Shown here: positions 55,282-64,000 of the stretch, in pieces
Numbering within the stretch: position 1 is the stretch's first letter
Layout of the letters: every line of letters begins with the position of its first letter
Assembly: GCA_937625935.1 (NCBI GenBank)
Contig: OW569352.1
Location: forward strand, 372,001 to 436,000
Direction: 5' to 3'
Length of the DNA stretch: 64,000 nt
Source: Tetramitus jugosus
Taxonomy: Eukaryota > Protista > Heterolobosea
Notes under the pieces: model-generated
What the model was told of the DNA's origin: nothing
The model's input: the letters and a program-made list of their open reading frames with translations, nothing else
Databases searched by the model: none
Translations under genes and position numbers: made by a program

Positions 55282-56478
55282 TTACTGGGCAGATGTTTGT
55301 CCTTCGAGCAAGGCTAGTTGGAACACAAGGTTCTCGTGATTCTGTTTCGCTTGTTCGAATGAGCTCGTAACTAATTTACACTCCAATTCCTTCTCTTGAC
55401 ACTTGAGTCGATTCATTCGTTCGCTCTCTTTTGCCAGCTCAATTTCCTTCTCCAAAGCTCGAGTGCTCTTCTTCGATTGCTTGACTTCAGTTTCCAATTG
55501 ATCCAAATATCTTCGATTGTCGAGCTTGCTCTTCTTCAATTCATCTAATTCTCTGTCCAATTGTTCATTCTTTAGTTGCATTTCACTCAACTGCTTGGAT
55601 TGGTGAGTCTTTTGTTGTTGATATTGAGCTGCCTGGTGTCCGGCATGTTCCAATGCACGGCTCAATGATTCAATCTGACTCTCCAATTGTTCCACTTGTT
55701 GTTTTCGTTTCTTTTGATCATACATCTCTGCTTCTTGCAATTCGTGCTCAAAACGAATAATTTGTTGCTTCAAAGTCTCATTCTGTGCATAAATCTCAAG
55801 AATGTATTCATTGAGTTCCTTGTATCTACGTTTGTCTTTTTGAATCATTTCTTCGAGATGCTTCTTTTGAAGCTTCAGGTGCGATTGACCTTCATTTGGG
55901 TTCGAGTTGACCATTCTGAGCACTTGGAGCTCTCTTTGCAATTGATTAGAGTTTTTGAGTGAGATATAGTTTGCATTGAGTTCTGTTTGATTCAATTCGT
56001 TATTAGCTTGCATCAGTTCTTGCTTCAGATTGGCATTGGCCTCCTTCAGTTCACCATTGTCAAACTTTGCTCTCGTCAACTGATTTCTCTTCTTCCTCTT
56101 CTCATTTGACAATTCAGACACCGAATCACGAGCATTTTTCAACTGCTCCTGTTCCACAGCTCGCTCAGACTGTAAAAGCTCAAACTCCTTCTTGCGCTCC
56201 ACTAGTTTCTCCGATAATTGACGTTGCTTCTCCGACTGAGACAATTTTTCTTGTTCGGTCATTTGTGCTTCGGTCTTTATTCTTGGCAACAGTGCCTTGT
56301 TCATCTCATTGTGCACTCCGGCTTCAATGTCCAATGCCTCAATGTCCAACTTGATTCTGTTGTTCGATTGTTTGAGAGTGTACAGTTGTGTGGATAATTG
56401 TTGGATGCATGCCAATCGATCCTCATAGATTACATTCAGTGGCTCTCGTTCAAAATGTTGGAGATACTGCGGTTTCAT
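55282..56478 (-). CDS. Uncharacterised coiled-coil protein
   Basis: 398-aa E/K/Q/L heptad-rich ORF. Confidence 0.75.
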   Translation of the reverse strand: MKPQYLQHFEREPLNVIYEDRLACIQQLSTQLYTLKQSNNRIKLDIEALDIEAGVHNEMNKALLPRIKTEAQMTEQEKLSQSEKQRQLSEKLVERKKEFELLQSERAVEQEQLKNARDSVSELSNEKRKKRNQLTRAKFDNGELKEANANLKQELMQANNELNQTELNANYISLKNSNQLQRELQVLRMVNSNPNEGQSHLKLQKKHLEEMIQKDKRRYKELNEYILEIYAQNETLKQQIIRFEHELQEAEMYDQKKRKQQVEQLESQIESLSRALEHAGHQAAQYQQQKTHQSKQLSEMQLKNEQLDRELDELKKSKLDNRRYLDQLETEVKQSKKSTRALEKEIELAKESERMNRLKCQEKELECKLVTSSFEQAKQNHENLVFQLALLEGQTSAQ

Positions 56479-56700
56479 ATTCAGATATTGTGATTTTTAT
56501 GTGCAGTGGTTTCTGTTGTTGTGCTCGTGTTGTCAAAAAAACATGGTCAGCCTTTGACGCCTTGTCATCCGTCATCGATGTGAGATTACGACTCGGAGAA
56601 TATAGGAGATTCGCCAGTTGTTGTTTCGGGCAACGCACGTTTATTGTTTTTTGAAGGAAAAAATGGTTCACAAATGATGACAAAGTGATTGTAAGTGTAC

Positions 56701-58700
56701 TTACAAGGACTTAATTTTGTTCTCTGCTATTAACAAAAGTAAATTCTTCCATAAATCTATCACCAGTGGTTCTGTCTCCTGTTCCAACACATCCACCAGA
56801 TCTGATATGAGCTCCTGTGGCTTGCAATGCAGCCTGAGTTTACCTAAAATAAACTGTGTCATAGTTTGTTCTTCTACACCTAATAACCGAATAGTCTGAC
56901 GATCAACATAACCTTTTAAAGATGAATATACAGCATACTTATCAAATACTTCCCAGTCAACAGGATAGTTAAATAAGGAGTCTCTGTCGGTTGGAATCTG
57001 ATCCATTGGATTTTGTTTTTCATCTTCGTCAATCTCATCCAGAGCTGCCAAAGCACTCTTTCGCTTATAAATCGATTCTTCCTCATCATCCTCATCACCT
57101 CCACCAAACACATCCTCATCCTCATCTTGCTCCTTCTCTGTTTCTTTCTCATTCTTAGAATTCATTTTCAGTTTGAGAGAGAGAGTTGGTGCGACTGGAG
57201 TTTTTGCTGGTGTAAGGCTTGGTGACGCTCGGACACCATTGGGCGAAATGGCTTTACTACTTGGTGATCTTCTAGCATATCTCTCGGAGCTCTCCTCTCT
57301 CTTTCGACGCTCATACTGCTCTCTCTCCTCACGCCTTCGCTTCTCCCTTGCTAATTGCGCAAGTTTTTCTTCTTCCTTCCTCTTTTCAATCTCCCTAAAC
57401 TTTCTGATACTGTCTGATATGATGGCCTTATTTACATTGGTTTCTTCGTCGGGTGCACCCGTCGCAGCCATTTTTTCCATCGTGTTCTTCACAGCCAACT
57501 CTGCTGATATATGTTGCTTCATCTCATTTTCCTTTCTCAAGTGTTCATGCATGGAAAAGAGATGATCAAGTGAGAGCATGGCTTGATCAACTGCCAATTG
57601 CATCTGACGATCATATTCTTTCGAATACCGTTCTTCATTGTCACTGCTGGGCGATGAGGATGCCTCCTTTTTCATTCGATCTGCAATGAGCTCAATCTTG
57701 CGTTGTCTGTACTCTTGAATGAACTGTTGCGTCTTTGGGTCAGTTTTCAATTCCAACACACTTCCTTCGAGTTTCATTCCGTTTAATACTTGAAGTGCAA
57801 CAATGGCACTCTCCACACTCGAGTACTCACAAAATCCAAACGGTTTCCACATTTTTGTCTTATCGTCCTTCATTCTTCTCCATTTGTCAAAATGACCACA
57901 TGTACGCAGAATTTGCTGCAAGAGTTCATCGCTCAACCTTGGAGAAATATTGGCCACATAGACTGTCGTTTTGCGATCAATATGACTCATATTCGGTATG
58001 TTCTCACTTGACATTCCAATTTGTTTTTGTTGTTGTTGTTGTTGTTGTTGTGGAGATGGTGGATGTGCATGCACTATTGGTGAATGAATATTGAGAGGCA
58101 TGGGTGGTTTAGAAGGACTAATGCCATTCATAGCGATACTGTGTGGAGATGGGGGTGGCGCAATACCTCCCATTGTATGATGAGGAAAGGGTGAGCTCAT
58201 TTGAGGACCAAGTGGTTGAGGAAAAGGTGGTCTCATCATCATCATATGTTGTTGTTGTTGTTGGTGATAGTGAGGTGACGGTGGTAATGGTGGTGCTATT
58301 CCTCCTATATACACAAGAAAAAAAAAGTAACACAAGTGTAAATTCAAAACTGACAAAACAATGAGGAATCAAATACAAAAAATTTAAATGAGCAAGTAGA
58401 GGATGACATACCAAAAGGTGGCGAGAATAAGGGCATTGAATGAGGTGGTGGTGGTCGTGCAACTTGTTGTGTTGGTGGTGCGTGATGAAAGGGAGGTGTG
58501 ATCATGTGAGGATGTGCCACTGGTGGACCACCAAAGGGAGGAGCAAATGGAGGGTGGTGCATCGTTGGTGGTGCATTGATGATCGGTTGATGACCACCAG
58601 GTGGTGGAGGATATGGAAGCTGTTGTTGTTGTTGTTGTGGAAAAGGTGGTGGTGGATAGGGTTGATTGGGATAAGGTTGATAGGGAGGATATTGCGACAT
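56701..58700 (-). CDS. RBM25: RBM25-like splicing factor (Pro-rich, RRM, PWI), intron 58305-58411
   Basis: RRM TVYVANI...FGFCEY; PWI IPTDRDSLFNYPVDW...LLGVEE...DLWKNLL. Confidence 0.9.
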
Positions 58701-58870
58701 TGTGCTGATTGTTGTTCTTTCGATTTGATGTTGTTTTTGTCCGTAAAGAAGACGACGGAGTTTCTAACCGGAAAGGATGCATTGTTTCATTGAACAAGCG
58801 CCAAAAAACTGAAACACCGATCACGAAAAAAAAACGCAAGCATTGAAAGTTTGAGTGATCTCCCACAGCA

Positions 58871-61800
58871 ATGAGCAATTGGAGTTTCGGTGGTGACTCT
58901 GGTTTCCAATTTGGATCCAACACCAACACGAACAACAATGACAACGACAAAGCTGGCGACAATAACAATCAACCATTGGGAGGATTCAATTTTGGCAGCG
59001 GTTTTGCAGGCAACAGTGGTGGAAGTGAGGAAAATGAAAGCAACAATGCACCCAACACAACCAATGCTTCCTCTTTCAGTTTTGGTGCTACGAGTGGATT
59101 CGGTGGTAGCAACACTACAGCAGAAAACGCTTCCACTACCAGTGGATTTGGTAGTGGATTCGGTGGTGGATTTGGAGGTAGCTCTAGTGACACTACAGCA
59201 GAAAACACGACCACAACTACTACCAGTGGATTTGGTGGTGGTTTCAACTTTGGTAGTGTTCCTGACAGCAGTAGCAGCACAAGTGGAGGTGCATTTGGTA
59301 GTAGTTTTGGTGGATTTGGAGCTACTGAAAATCCTGCTCCTACTACGAGTGGTTTTGGAGTTAGCTCTTCCGACAAATCTACTACTGGAGGATTCGGTGG
59401 TGGATTTGGAGCCAATACTTCGTCTTCTCCTGAAGACAACCCTACTACCACTACCACCAGTGGCTTTGGAGCGACCAGCACCCCTGAAAAATCTACTACA
59501 GGTGGATTTGGTGGATTCGATAGCGGATTTGGAACCAATACTTCGACTAGTGAAGAAAATCCTACGACTACCACGGCTGGCAGTGGATTTGGATTTGGAT
59601 CGAACAACACAACTTCTGAACAATCTACTACTGGTGGATTCGGTAGTAGCAGCTCTAGTGGATTTGCATTTGGAGCTACCAACCCCACAGAAAACACTTC
59701 TACTACTTATGTTACTCCTGCTCCAACTGGCGGATTTGGCTTTGGCTTTGGAGGTAACACCACTACAGAAAACATTACTAGCAGTGGATTTGGAGGCGGA
59801 TTCGGTAGTAGTTCTAGCGATACCACAGAAAAAGCTACAACAACCAGTGGATTTGGTGGGTTCGGTAGCACCACTCCAGTAGAAAACACCATCACTACTA
59901 TCAGTGGATTTGGTGGTGGATTTGGAGGTGGATTCGGTGGTAGCAACGCTACAGAGGACAACGCTTCCACCACTACGACTACCAGTGGATTTGGTGGTGG
60001 TTTCAACTTTGGTAGTGTTCCTGACAGCAGTAGTAGCAGTAGCACAAGCGGAGGTGCATTTGGTGGTGGATTTGGTAGTGCCAATGATGACAAGAACGAC
60101 GAAGAGCCTACCACAATCACCACGAACAACAAATCATTCAACCAAGGATTCTCAGGTTTTGGCAATTCGTCGGGTCAAGCGCCTTCGACTGTATCACCAT
60201 TTGGAAATAGTCAATTTAGTTTTGCTGCTGTGAGCAACAATAACAACATGAGTGAGCACGAGGAAGATGATTCGAATGACGATATGGATGATCTTGACAT
60301 GAACCAACCAACACAATCAGTCAATGAGAATCCGCCAAAATCCTTTTCATCATCATTCTCATCATCCTTTGCTGCTCCCACGTCATTTTCTTCTTCATCA
60401 TATGCCAATGTGACAACCTCTCCATTTTCAACGAATACTCAGTTTGGAAGAAATCAGACACAAGAAACACAACAAAACCAGGGAGAGCGGAATGGAAAAG
60501 TAAGATCGATGGGAGTGCGCTTCTGCCACGGTAATAGAATCACTGTGTTCAAGGGCTCCGGAATTCAATGTTTGGAAGTGGTGGATCCTTTTGAGAAGTT
60601 TGTTGATGATGTCGTGTTCCGTCAGGAGACGAGCGAGGCATTCAGAATGTTACAACTTTGCCGTAGACAGTGCCAAAATATGCACAGTCTGCCATCTCAT
60701 GAGATTATTGAACGAGTGAATCATTGGAGTTCTGCCATATTGAACACGAGCACGTCATACCGTGGATTCATCTCTCAACTAGGTGATATCACTCTGATGC
60801 AGTCCATTCATTTGGTTCAAATTCTGTGTTTGAGCTCTGTGAGTCTATCGTCTGCTCATTTAGGCGTGTTGCTTGTGGATTGGGTGAGACACACTTCAGC
60901 GGATCGTGACTCACTGATTGCACTTGTCATGAGAGGAGAAGTTGAAAGGGCAATGAGAGAATTGCAATCCTTCAAGAGTCCACTGGCTCAAAAAATCAGT
61001 CAACTCTTGGAAAACATTCCTCACTTTTCCTTCCCTCAGCTCAATGACCAGTTTCTGTTTGCGTTCGAGGAATGGAAGAGAGAAGTCAAGGTGACATTGA
61101 GCAGGGCCGACAGAGACGAAGACGACTTGCTCTTGACTCTTCTCCAAATCATGAGTGGTGACATGGATACCATCAGTACGTCAGAAGGAACACAATTGGA
61201 TCAACTCGCAGCAACCATTCTGTACAATGATCCAATCATCAGTCTCGATACCTTACCAGATGTGATGCTTGATATTGTGGAGCGATCAGGTGGAAAGATG
61301 GGTGAATATCGCATTTATTATCCACTTTTGTTGGATCCAAGAAACATTTATGATTATTTTGCGCAGGTGTCATCATCTCTTGGCATATGGTGGAGCTTGC
61401 ATGTATACGATCTGATATGGCATAGTGAGCACATCAAACAATTGAATGGTTCATTGCTATCTAGTGCTGTGTTTGAAGATTTGACCGACATGAGAGAACG
61501 ATTGTTGTCTGAATATGTTCAAAAACTTGTTTCGAAACCTGGACGGGAAAGAACTGCAATTATGTACGCAATGTTCAGCATACGAAAGGATTTACTAGAG
61601 TTAGTTTTGTCGATGATACCGCTGGATTCGGAAAAGACATGTGTTCGAGTCATTGACGAGTGTAGAAAGATGTGTCAGTATTTTGGTGTCGAGGACAAGT
61701 CAGACGTGGAAAAATCAGTTCATAAGATTCTCGCTATGCAATACATTAAGCAGAAGAGTAATTTTGCATCGGGCATTCGACACTTGCTCATTGCTCAAGA

Positions 61801-62269
61801 CAAAAAAATGATTGAACCAGTGTTGCGATATGCCATCTCCTCCTATCTGGACACTCTTGAACTATCAGATATTTTATATGGTGGCAGTATGGGCAATATA
61901 TTTAGTTTGGAATGTGTGAGTGCAACAGGAGTTCGTGGAGCACTTCCACTCGTAAGACCATATGAACTTTTTGTAGCCTATGCACGAACGAACGATATTG
62001 AAAACTTGGTTAATATCTTTAAGAATTACTCTGAATCATTCATTCCGGATAAGTTTAGGGCAATGATCATAGCTCACTGCGTTTATGTTTTGGAAACTGA
62101 GAACCGAAATTTGAGTGCAGATGATCTGACACTGCTGATGAGCGAACTTCAAGACGTGTGCATGCATCCTGTTTTGAACCAGAAGGAAGGCAAAACTCGC
62201 GATTGCATAACAATGATGAGGCTCATTTTGAATGAAAAACTGGCGGAGGCTTTTCTGAGTAAAGTATAA
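58871..62269 (+). CDS. Nucleoporin with N-terminal FG-repeat domain fused to a Nup85-like domain
   Basis: ~450 aa of SGFG/GGFG/FxFG repeats, then Nup85-like LVDWVR, LVMRGEVERA, WWSLHVYDL, MRERLLSEY, IPLDSEK, HKILAM. Confidence 0.8.
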   Translation: MSNWSFGGDSGFQFGSNTNTNNNDNDKAGDNNNQPLGGFNFGSGFAGNSGGSEENESNNAPNTTNASSFSFGATSGFGGSNTTAENASTTSGFGSGFGGGFGGSSSDTTAENTTTTTTSGFGGGFNFGSVPDSSSSTSGGAFGSSFGGFGATENPAPTTSGFGVSSSDKSTTGGFGGGFGANTSSSPEDNPTTTTTSGFGATSTPEKSTTGGFGGFDSGFGTNTSTSEENPTTTTAGSGFGFGSNNTTSEQSTTGGFGSSSSSGFAFGATNPTENTSTTYVTPAPTGGFGFGFGGNTTTENITSSGFGGGFGSSSSDTTEKATTTSGFGGFGSTTPVENTITTISGFGGGFGGGFGGSNATEDNASTTTTTSGFGGGFNFGSVPDSSSSSSTSGGAFGGGFGSANDDKNDEEPTTITTNNKSFNQGFSGFGNSSGQAPSTVSPFGNSQFSFAAVSNNNNMSEHEEDDSNDDMDDLDMNQPTQSVNENPPKSFSSSFSSSFAAPTSFSSSSYANVTTSPFSTNTQFGRNQTQETQQNQGERNGKVRSMGVRFCHGNRITVFKGSGIQCLEVVDPFEKFVDDVVFRQETSEAFRMLQLCRRQCQNMHSLPSHEIIERVNHWSSAILNTSTSYRGFISQLGDITLMQSIHLVQILCLSSVSLSSAHLGVLLVDWVRHTSADRDSLIALVMRGEVERAMRELQSFKSPLAQKISQLLENIPHFSFPQLNDQFLFAFEEWKREVKVTLSRADRDEDDLLLTLLQIMSGDMDTISTSEGTQLDQLAATILYNDPIISLDTLPDVMLDIVERSGGKMGEYRIYYPLLLDPRNIYDYFAQVSSSLGIWWSLHVYDLIWHSEHIKQLNGSLLSSAVFEDLTDMRERLLSEYVQKLVSKPGRERTAIMYAMFSIRKDLLELVLSMIPLDSEKTCVRVIDECRKMCQYFGVEDKSDVEKSVHKILAMQYIKQKSNFASGIRHLLIAQDKKMIEPVLRYAISSYLDTLELSDILYGGSMGNIFSLECVSATGVRGALPLVRPYELFVAYARTNDIENLVNIFKNYSESFIPDKFRAMIIAHCVYVLETENRNLSADDLTLLMSELQDVCMHPVLNQKEGKTRDCITMMRLILNEKLAEAFLSKV
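59090..60080 (+). repeat. Internal coding repeats of the FG domain
   Basis: ACCAGTGGATTTGGTGGTGGTTTCAACTTTGGTAGTGTTCCTGACAGCAGTAG at ~59222 and ~59981; recurring TT(T)SGFG units. Confidence 0.85.
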
Positions 62270-62279
62270 ATCGTATTTA

Positions 62280-64000
62280 TCAATTAGCGAAATTCTGGAG
62301 TTTGGTTCCATAAACGTGATACCTCTTTGCATTTTCTTGTGTTCCTGCACAGGTAAACGACACTAAACAAATATCTAACTGAGCTTTTGCTTCCTTTGCA
62401 CGTTTTAGTCGTTGCTTGATCACTTCGATGTACTTTGTCAGGGTTGCATCTTGCTCAATGCCCAGAAAATATCTCGCTTCTCTACCTTGCACATAGGCCA
62501 CTAGGCGATTTTCGTCTTCCTGAATACACACTTGGAACAACAGATCAGAGTATTCAGATTGATCCGGGAAATAATAGTCACAGAAAGTAGCATGGCACCT
62601 AAACTTGTGAGGAGTGGTGCTCTGACTTAACACTTGCTTGATTGGAGTGACAGGTGCATCACTGTAGCGCACAACTGACCAAGGTGATGGCTTTGATCTC
62701 TTGGTGGCATTCTCAATCGCTTGCTCTGCCTGTTCTCTCTTTCGTTTCCTCTTCTTTTGCTTCTTATCGAATACTTGTTGCAGGTGCAATACATGGTAAT
62801 AATCATCAGGTAACGCTACAATACTTGATTTGTCTCCTGATTTGATTTCATACACGAGCTCGTTATCATCAGTAGGTAATGTAGAGGTAAATGTGGTAAT
62901 GTTACGCAGTTTGCACCATTTACCTGCTGTCAAGCGAGTTGGATTGTTCTTAATATAGGTCACCATCGATGTATTAGATACGATAACTGTGACTTCGGAA
63001 CCAAAGTAGGTGGGGTCTAAGCACTTCACTCGATCCTTCTTAAATTTTGTGCCATCACTGACAACCATTTCGATGCACCTATCATTCTGCAATCTCTTTA
63101 TGCGCACAATCTTTCCAACGACATCATACCATCCATGATGTTTAGGATCCTTCACGAGAGCGTCATTTACCTCCTTGAGAGACAATTGATACTGCAGTTT
63201 AGTACTGTAGATGGCTTCCATCTTCAACTTATCTGACAACAGAGCATTTCTGAAACGTCTGATCTCAGATATATGATTATTGTCAGAAGGTTCAAATGTG
63301 TTCTTGTTGGCACTTGTGCTCTCAACCGTGAGCGACTCTAAATCGCCCTCCGTTTCCTTGAACAGAACAAAGCTCGAAGTGTATTCAAATTTTCCTTCTT
63401 TCTCGTTCCTCCATGTTGACATTCTCAATCGATGGATACGTATCACCTGTCCCAGACACATTACCTCTGGAATCTTGTTTCTTCCTAGGATTCGAATGGT
63501 TAGAGGCATAGCATCCGCAGTGGTATCAACAGACTCATCTGTGAGCGTAAGACTAACTTGAAATTGATTATTCAGAGGCCGAATGTTCGTGTAATCGATC
63601 ACGACGCCATAAATGTTCGCAATGCCCGATGTAGGCAGGTGAGCAATCGGAGTATAAGTATACTTGGGTGGAGCGCTAATAGATCCACCAACAGTTGTTG
63701 TGCTTGCTCTGTTTGGAGGTGCCTGATCGCTACCACTTGCAACAGCGGTTGGGACAACAGTACTGGTTGCATTGGTAATAGTAGTGGTAGTAGTAGCAAC
63801 ACTTTCATTCGAGAGTGCTTGTAATGTCTTGGCATACTCTGTTGCAGTCATCAAATCACTTCCCACTGCATTTACTGCATCACTTGTTGTTTCACTTGTC
63901 GCTGACATCGATTCTGTTGTGTGTTTGTCGACATGAAGTACGGACGCTGCTCCGTTGGAAGAGCCATTCACTTCACTCACATTGTTCTCTTCACTCGTAT
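62280..64000 (-). CDS. POT1: POT1/TEBP-alpha-like telomeric ssDNA-binding OB-fold protein, 5' end outside window
   Basis: NIYGVVIDY, LTLTDES, GQVIRIHRL (OB1); YDVVGKIV and GKWCKLRN (OB2); VTPIKQVL...KFRC (C-terminal OB); frame open to window edge. Confidence 0.8.
   Translation of the reverse strand, partial: TSEENNVSEVNGSSNGAASVLHVDKHTTESMSATSETTSDAVNAVGSDLMTATEYAKTLQALSNESVATTTTTITNATSTVVPTAVASGSDQAPPNRASTTTVGGSISAPPKYTYTPIAHLPTSGIANIYGVVIDYTNIRPLNNQFQVSLTLTDESVDTTADAMPLTIRILGRNKIPEVMCLGQVIRIHRLRMSTWRNEKEGKFEYTSSFVLFKETEGDLESLTVESTSANKNTFEPSDNNHISEIRRFRNALLSDKLKMEAIYSTKLQYQLSLKEVNDALVKDPKHHGWYDVVGKIVRIKRLQNDRCIEMVVSDGTKFKKDRVKCLDPTYFGSEVTVIVSNTSMVTYIKNNPTRLTAGKWCKLRNITTFTSTLPTDDNELVYEIKSGDKSSIVALPDDYYHVLHLQQVFDKKQKKRKRKREQAEQAIENATKRSKPSPWSVVRYSDAPVTPIKQVLSQSTTPHKFRCHATFCDYYFPDQSEYSDLLFQVCIQEDENRLVAYVQGREARYFLGIEQDATLTKYIEVIKQRLKRAKEAKAQLDICLVSFTCAGTQENAKRYHVYGTKLQNFAN

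Noticed and set aside
58787-60233. Several long overlapping or antisense ORFs over the FG repeats
   Set aside because: Low-complexity GGT/ACT repeats lack stops in alternative frames.
61015-61035. HFS tripeptide as a Nup98-type autoproteolysis site
   Set aside because: It lies inside the Nup85-like helical domain with no recognisable autoprotease domain before it.

Overview
Gene-dense, intron-poor eukaryotic nuclear DNA (roughly 40% GC by eye, standard code, short GT-AG introns with GTAAGT/GTATGT/GTGAGT donors and CTAAC-like branch points). The style suggests a free-living protist, plausibly a heterolobosean (Naegleria-like), but this is inference. About 40 protein genes are present, mostly housekeeping: HSP90, PTEN-like, LC8, UBA5, cyclin C, SKI3, CPSF160, MOK, LSM12, MetAP2, RPL39, prolyl oligopeptidase, RBM25 and POT1. 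There are also two tRNAs (Tyr-GUA, Gln-UUG), two identical dispersed 5S rRNA genes and one 5S 3' fragment. The most unusual structure is a ~5.4 kb accessory island (12.1-17.6 kb) bracketed by the two inverted 5S cassettes, which share extra upstream and downstream sequence. It carries an F-box-Rho GTPase fusion, an F-box gene, an SDR and decaying genes. All three 5S 3' ends sit 33-55 nt upstream of a co-oriented protein start codon. Other notable items are an FG-repeat/Nup85 fusion, a tRNA-Gln with a Glu-like body, an intronless tRNA-Tyr, EMRE-like and SNAPC5-like candidates, a secreted DNase I and two probable pseudoenzymes. All protein and RNA identifications come from motif recognition, not database searches.
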